From: Amoebidium appalachense
Taxonomy: Eukaryota > Protista > Ichthyosporea
Assembly: GCA_963693365.1 (NCBI GenBank)
Contig: CAVNZM010000096.1
Span: forward strand, 1-9,003
DNA: 9,003 bases
Direction of reading: 5' to 3'
The notes beneath the pieces were generated by a model that ran no database searches, was not told the origin of the DNA, and saw only the letters and a program-made list of their open reading frames with translations. The position numbers were made by a program, and so were the translations under genes. Below are positions 7,601 through 9,003 of this stretch, piece after piece; position 1 is the stretch's first letter, and each line of letters opens with the position of its first letter.

Positions 7601-7995
7601 CCCCCCTGCCCCCCAGTCCCCCCTGCCCCCCAGTCCCCCCTGCCCCCCTGCCCCCCTGCCCCCCTGCCTCCCCAGCCCCCCTGCCTCCCGGAACCAGGCC
7701 CCCCAGTGGTGGCATTCCAACACGTGCATGCTAGAAGATCGTGCTACATGAACAAATGGTCTTAACTCAGCCATACATGGGGGATAGCCATGGTTCCCCC
7801 ACTCTCCCCAGCCTCCTGTGCACGTGTGCCCTCCCCTGCCCCCCCTGCCCCCCCTGCTGCCGGAACCACGGCCCCCAGTGGTGGCAGTGAGTGTCCCCCC
7901 TGCCTCCCCTGCACGTGTGCCCCCCCCTGCCTCCCCTGCACGTGTGCCCCCCCTGCCTCCCCTGCCTCCCGGAACCACGCCCCGGCGCAGTGGCA
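7601..7995 (-). repeat. C-rich (CCCCCCTG)n-type tract, G-quadruplex-prone on the minus strand, with three ~34-bp CCGGAACCA...GTGGCA repeats
   Basis: Runs of 4-7 C separated by TG/AGT at 7601-7689, 7829-7860 and 7895-7970. Motif copies at 7680-7714, 7853-7886 and 7961-7995. Confidence 0.85.
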
Positions 7996-8023
7996 GCTAT
8001 TTTTAGATATAGAGATTCCATGG

Positions 8024-8123
8024 CCACATGGCCAGATGGCCAGATCATTTTGCTCACCGTTTTATCCCGTTTTATCCACCTTTTTCCACACACTGAATTT
8101 GACCTGGCCATCTGGCCATCTGG
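8024..8123. repeat. 24-bp inverted repeat (2 mismatches) built from 9-bp ATGGCCAG[A] units, 52-bp spacer
   Basis: 8024-8047 ccacatggccagatggccagatca versus reverse complement of 8100-8123, ccagatggccagatggccaggtca. Confidence 0.85.
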
Positions 8124-8238
8124 GTAGAGACCGTTTTCTGTTCTAATATTGGAGAACTGTCTGATGGTGATAGCAAATGTCATTCGAAGAACAATCGGGA
8201 AACCCCGTGGTGTGACAACCAATCAGAATGAAGCAATA

Positions 8239-8612
8239 TTGGGATATTCGGGTTGGTTGTAAGGTTTTCCGGGTCGGGCCGAAGGCCCTAACGGGCCGCA
8301 GGCCCGTCTATTGGGCCATAGGCCCTAGGCCGCGAGGCCTGGGGCCCGGGGCGCCGGGACCGGGGCCCCGACCCGGCCCGCGAGCCACCCCCGGCCCGGC
8401 CCGGCCCGCGGGGGGGTTAGCAGCGGCTGCTAACCCCCCCCGCGGGCCGGGCCGGGCCGGGGGTGGCTCGCGGGCCGGGTCGGGGCCCCGGTCCCGGCGC
8501 CCCGGGCCCCAGGCCTCGCGGCCTAGGGCCTATGGCCCAATAGACGGGCCTGCGGCCCGTTAGGGCCTTCGGCCCGACCCGGAAAACCTTACAACCAACC
8601 CGAATATCCCAA
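8239..8612. repeat. 374-bp near-perfect GC-rich palindrome (186/187-bp arms, centre G8425)
   Basis: Arms checked by hand. The only difference is G7 (8410-8416) versus C8 (8434-8441). Symmetry stops at A8238/C8613. Confidence 0.97.
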
Positions 8613-8649
8613 CGTGCGGCCTGAGGCCCTAAGCTGAGCTGAGTTGGTG

Positions 8650-9003
8650 CACGTGCGACCTGTCCAAAGTTCCGAACTTCAAGGTCGGCACTGGCACTTC
8701 AATCATCAAATATGACGTGCCTTTATTTTTGGATTTGGCACATTAAGTTATTTGGCACCCTATTTTTTCCTATGTATTTTCTTATCGAACAAGGTTAATC
8801 AGTATGTACGAGATCAAATGATGCTCACTTTTCCCGGTTTTTCCCACAGAATCACTGACGACATATGGCTAGCTGATTGGCTCCAGGGTGAAGCCCAATA
8901 CAAAGATCGCAAGGAGTTGGGTAGCGATTGGCTGTTGCAAGATATTATGTGGGCTATTTGTGTGAAACCAAAGCCCATTTTTTATTGGCTGGGCTGATGA
9001 GTC
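8650..9003. promoter_or_regulatory. CCAAT-box cluster with E-box and CRE-like site; probable promoter for a gene beyond the window, or part of an origin
   Basis: ATTGG at 8876, 8927 and 8984 (each followed by CT). CCAAT at 8895. CACGTG at 8650. TGACGT at 8713. Confidence 0.5.

Noticed and set aside
8072-8090. DnaA-box-like TTATCCACC and TTTTCCACA
   Set aside because: Only two short matches, in a context with eukaryotic promoter signals; most likely chance.
8410-8441. Telomerase RNA template (CTAACCC)
   Set aside because: Only 7 nt, not the ~1.5-repeat CTAACCCTAA template, and no recognisable pseudoknot or H/ACA context.
7493-8563. Pro-rich or Gly-rich ORFs over the C-rich tract and the palindrome
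   Set aside because: Stop-poor, low-complexity GC sequence that is open in several frames on both strands.
8752-8997. 81-aa ORF
   Set aside because: TTG start, and several Trp codons derive from ATTGG boxes, so the region reads better as a promoter.

Overview
This window looks eukaryotic or eukaryote-infecting: it has Pol II-type TATA/CCAAT promoters, Kozak-context ATGs and uninterrupted ORFs. Three credible ORFs encode unrecognised coiled-coil proteins: 88-432 (-), ~1325-2059 (+) and 5749-6900 (-). The last two share a 13-bp GGCATATAAAAGC TATA element and converge on a 3.2-kb internal satellite of ~137 units (21-29 bp, core GTGTACTTAGGG, nearly all with one TTAGGG). To the right is a ~2-kb non-coding control region: a 92-bp x3.6 tandem repeat, a C-rich/G-quadruplex tract with E-boxes, a 24-bp inverted repeat, a near-perfect 374-bp GC-rich palindrome with nested GGCC-N3-GGCC mini-hairpins, and a CCAAT cluster. 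The layout resembles the origin/maintenance region of a large nuclear DNA virus or episome/giant mobile element. That is inference only: no hallmark gene is present and I recognise none of the proteins.
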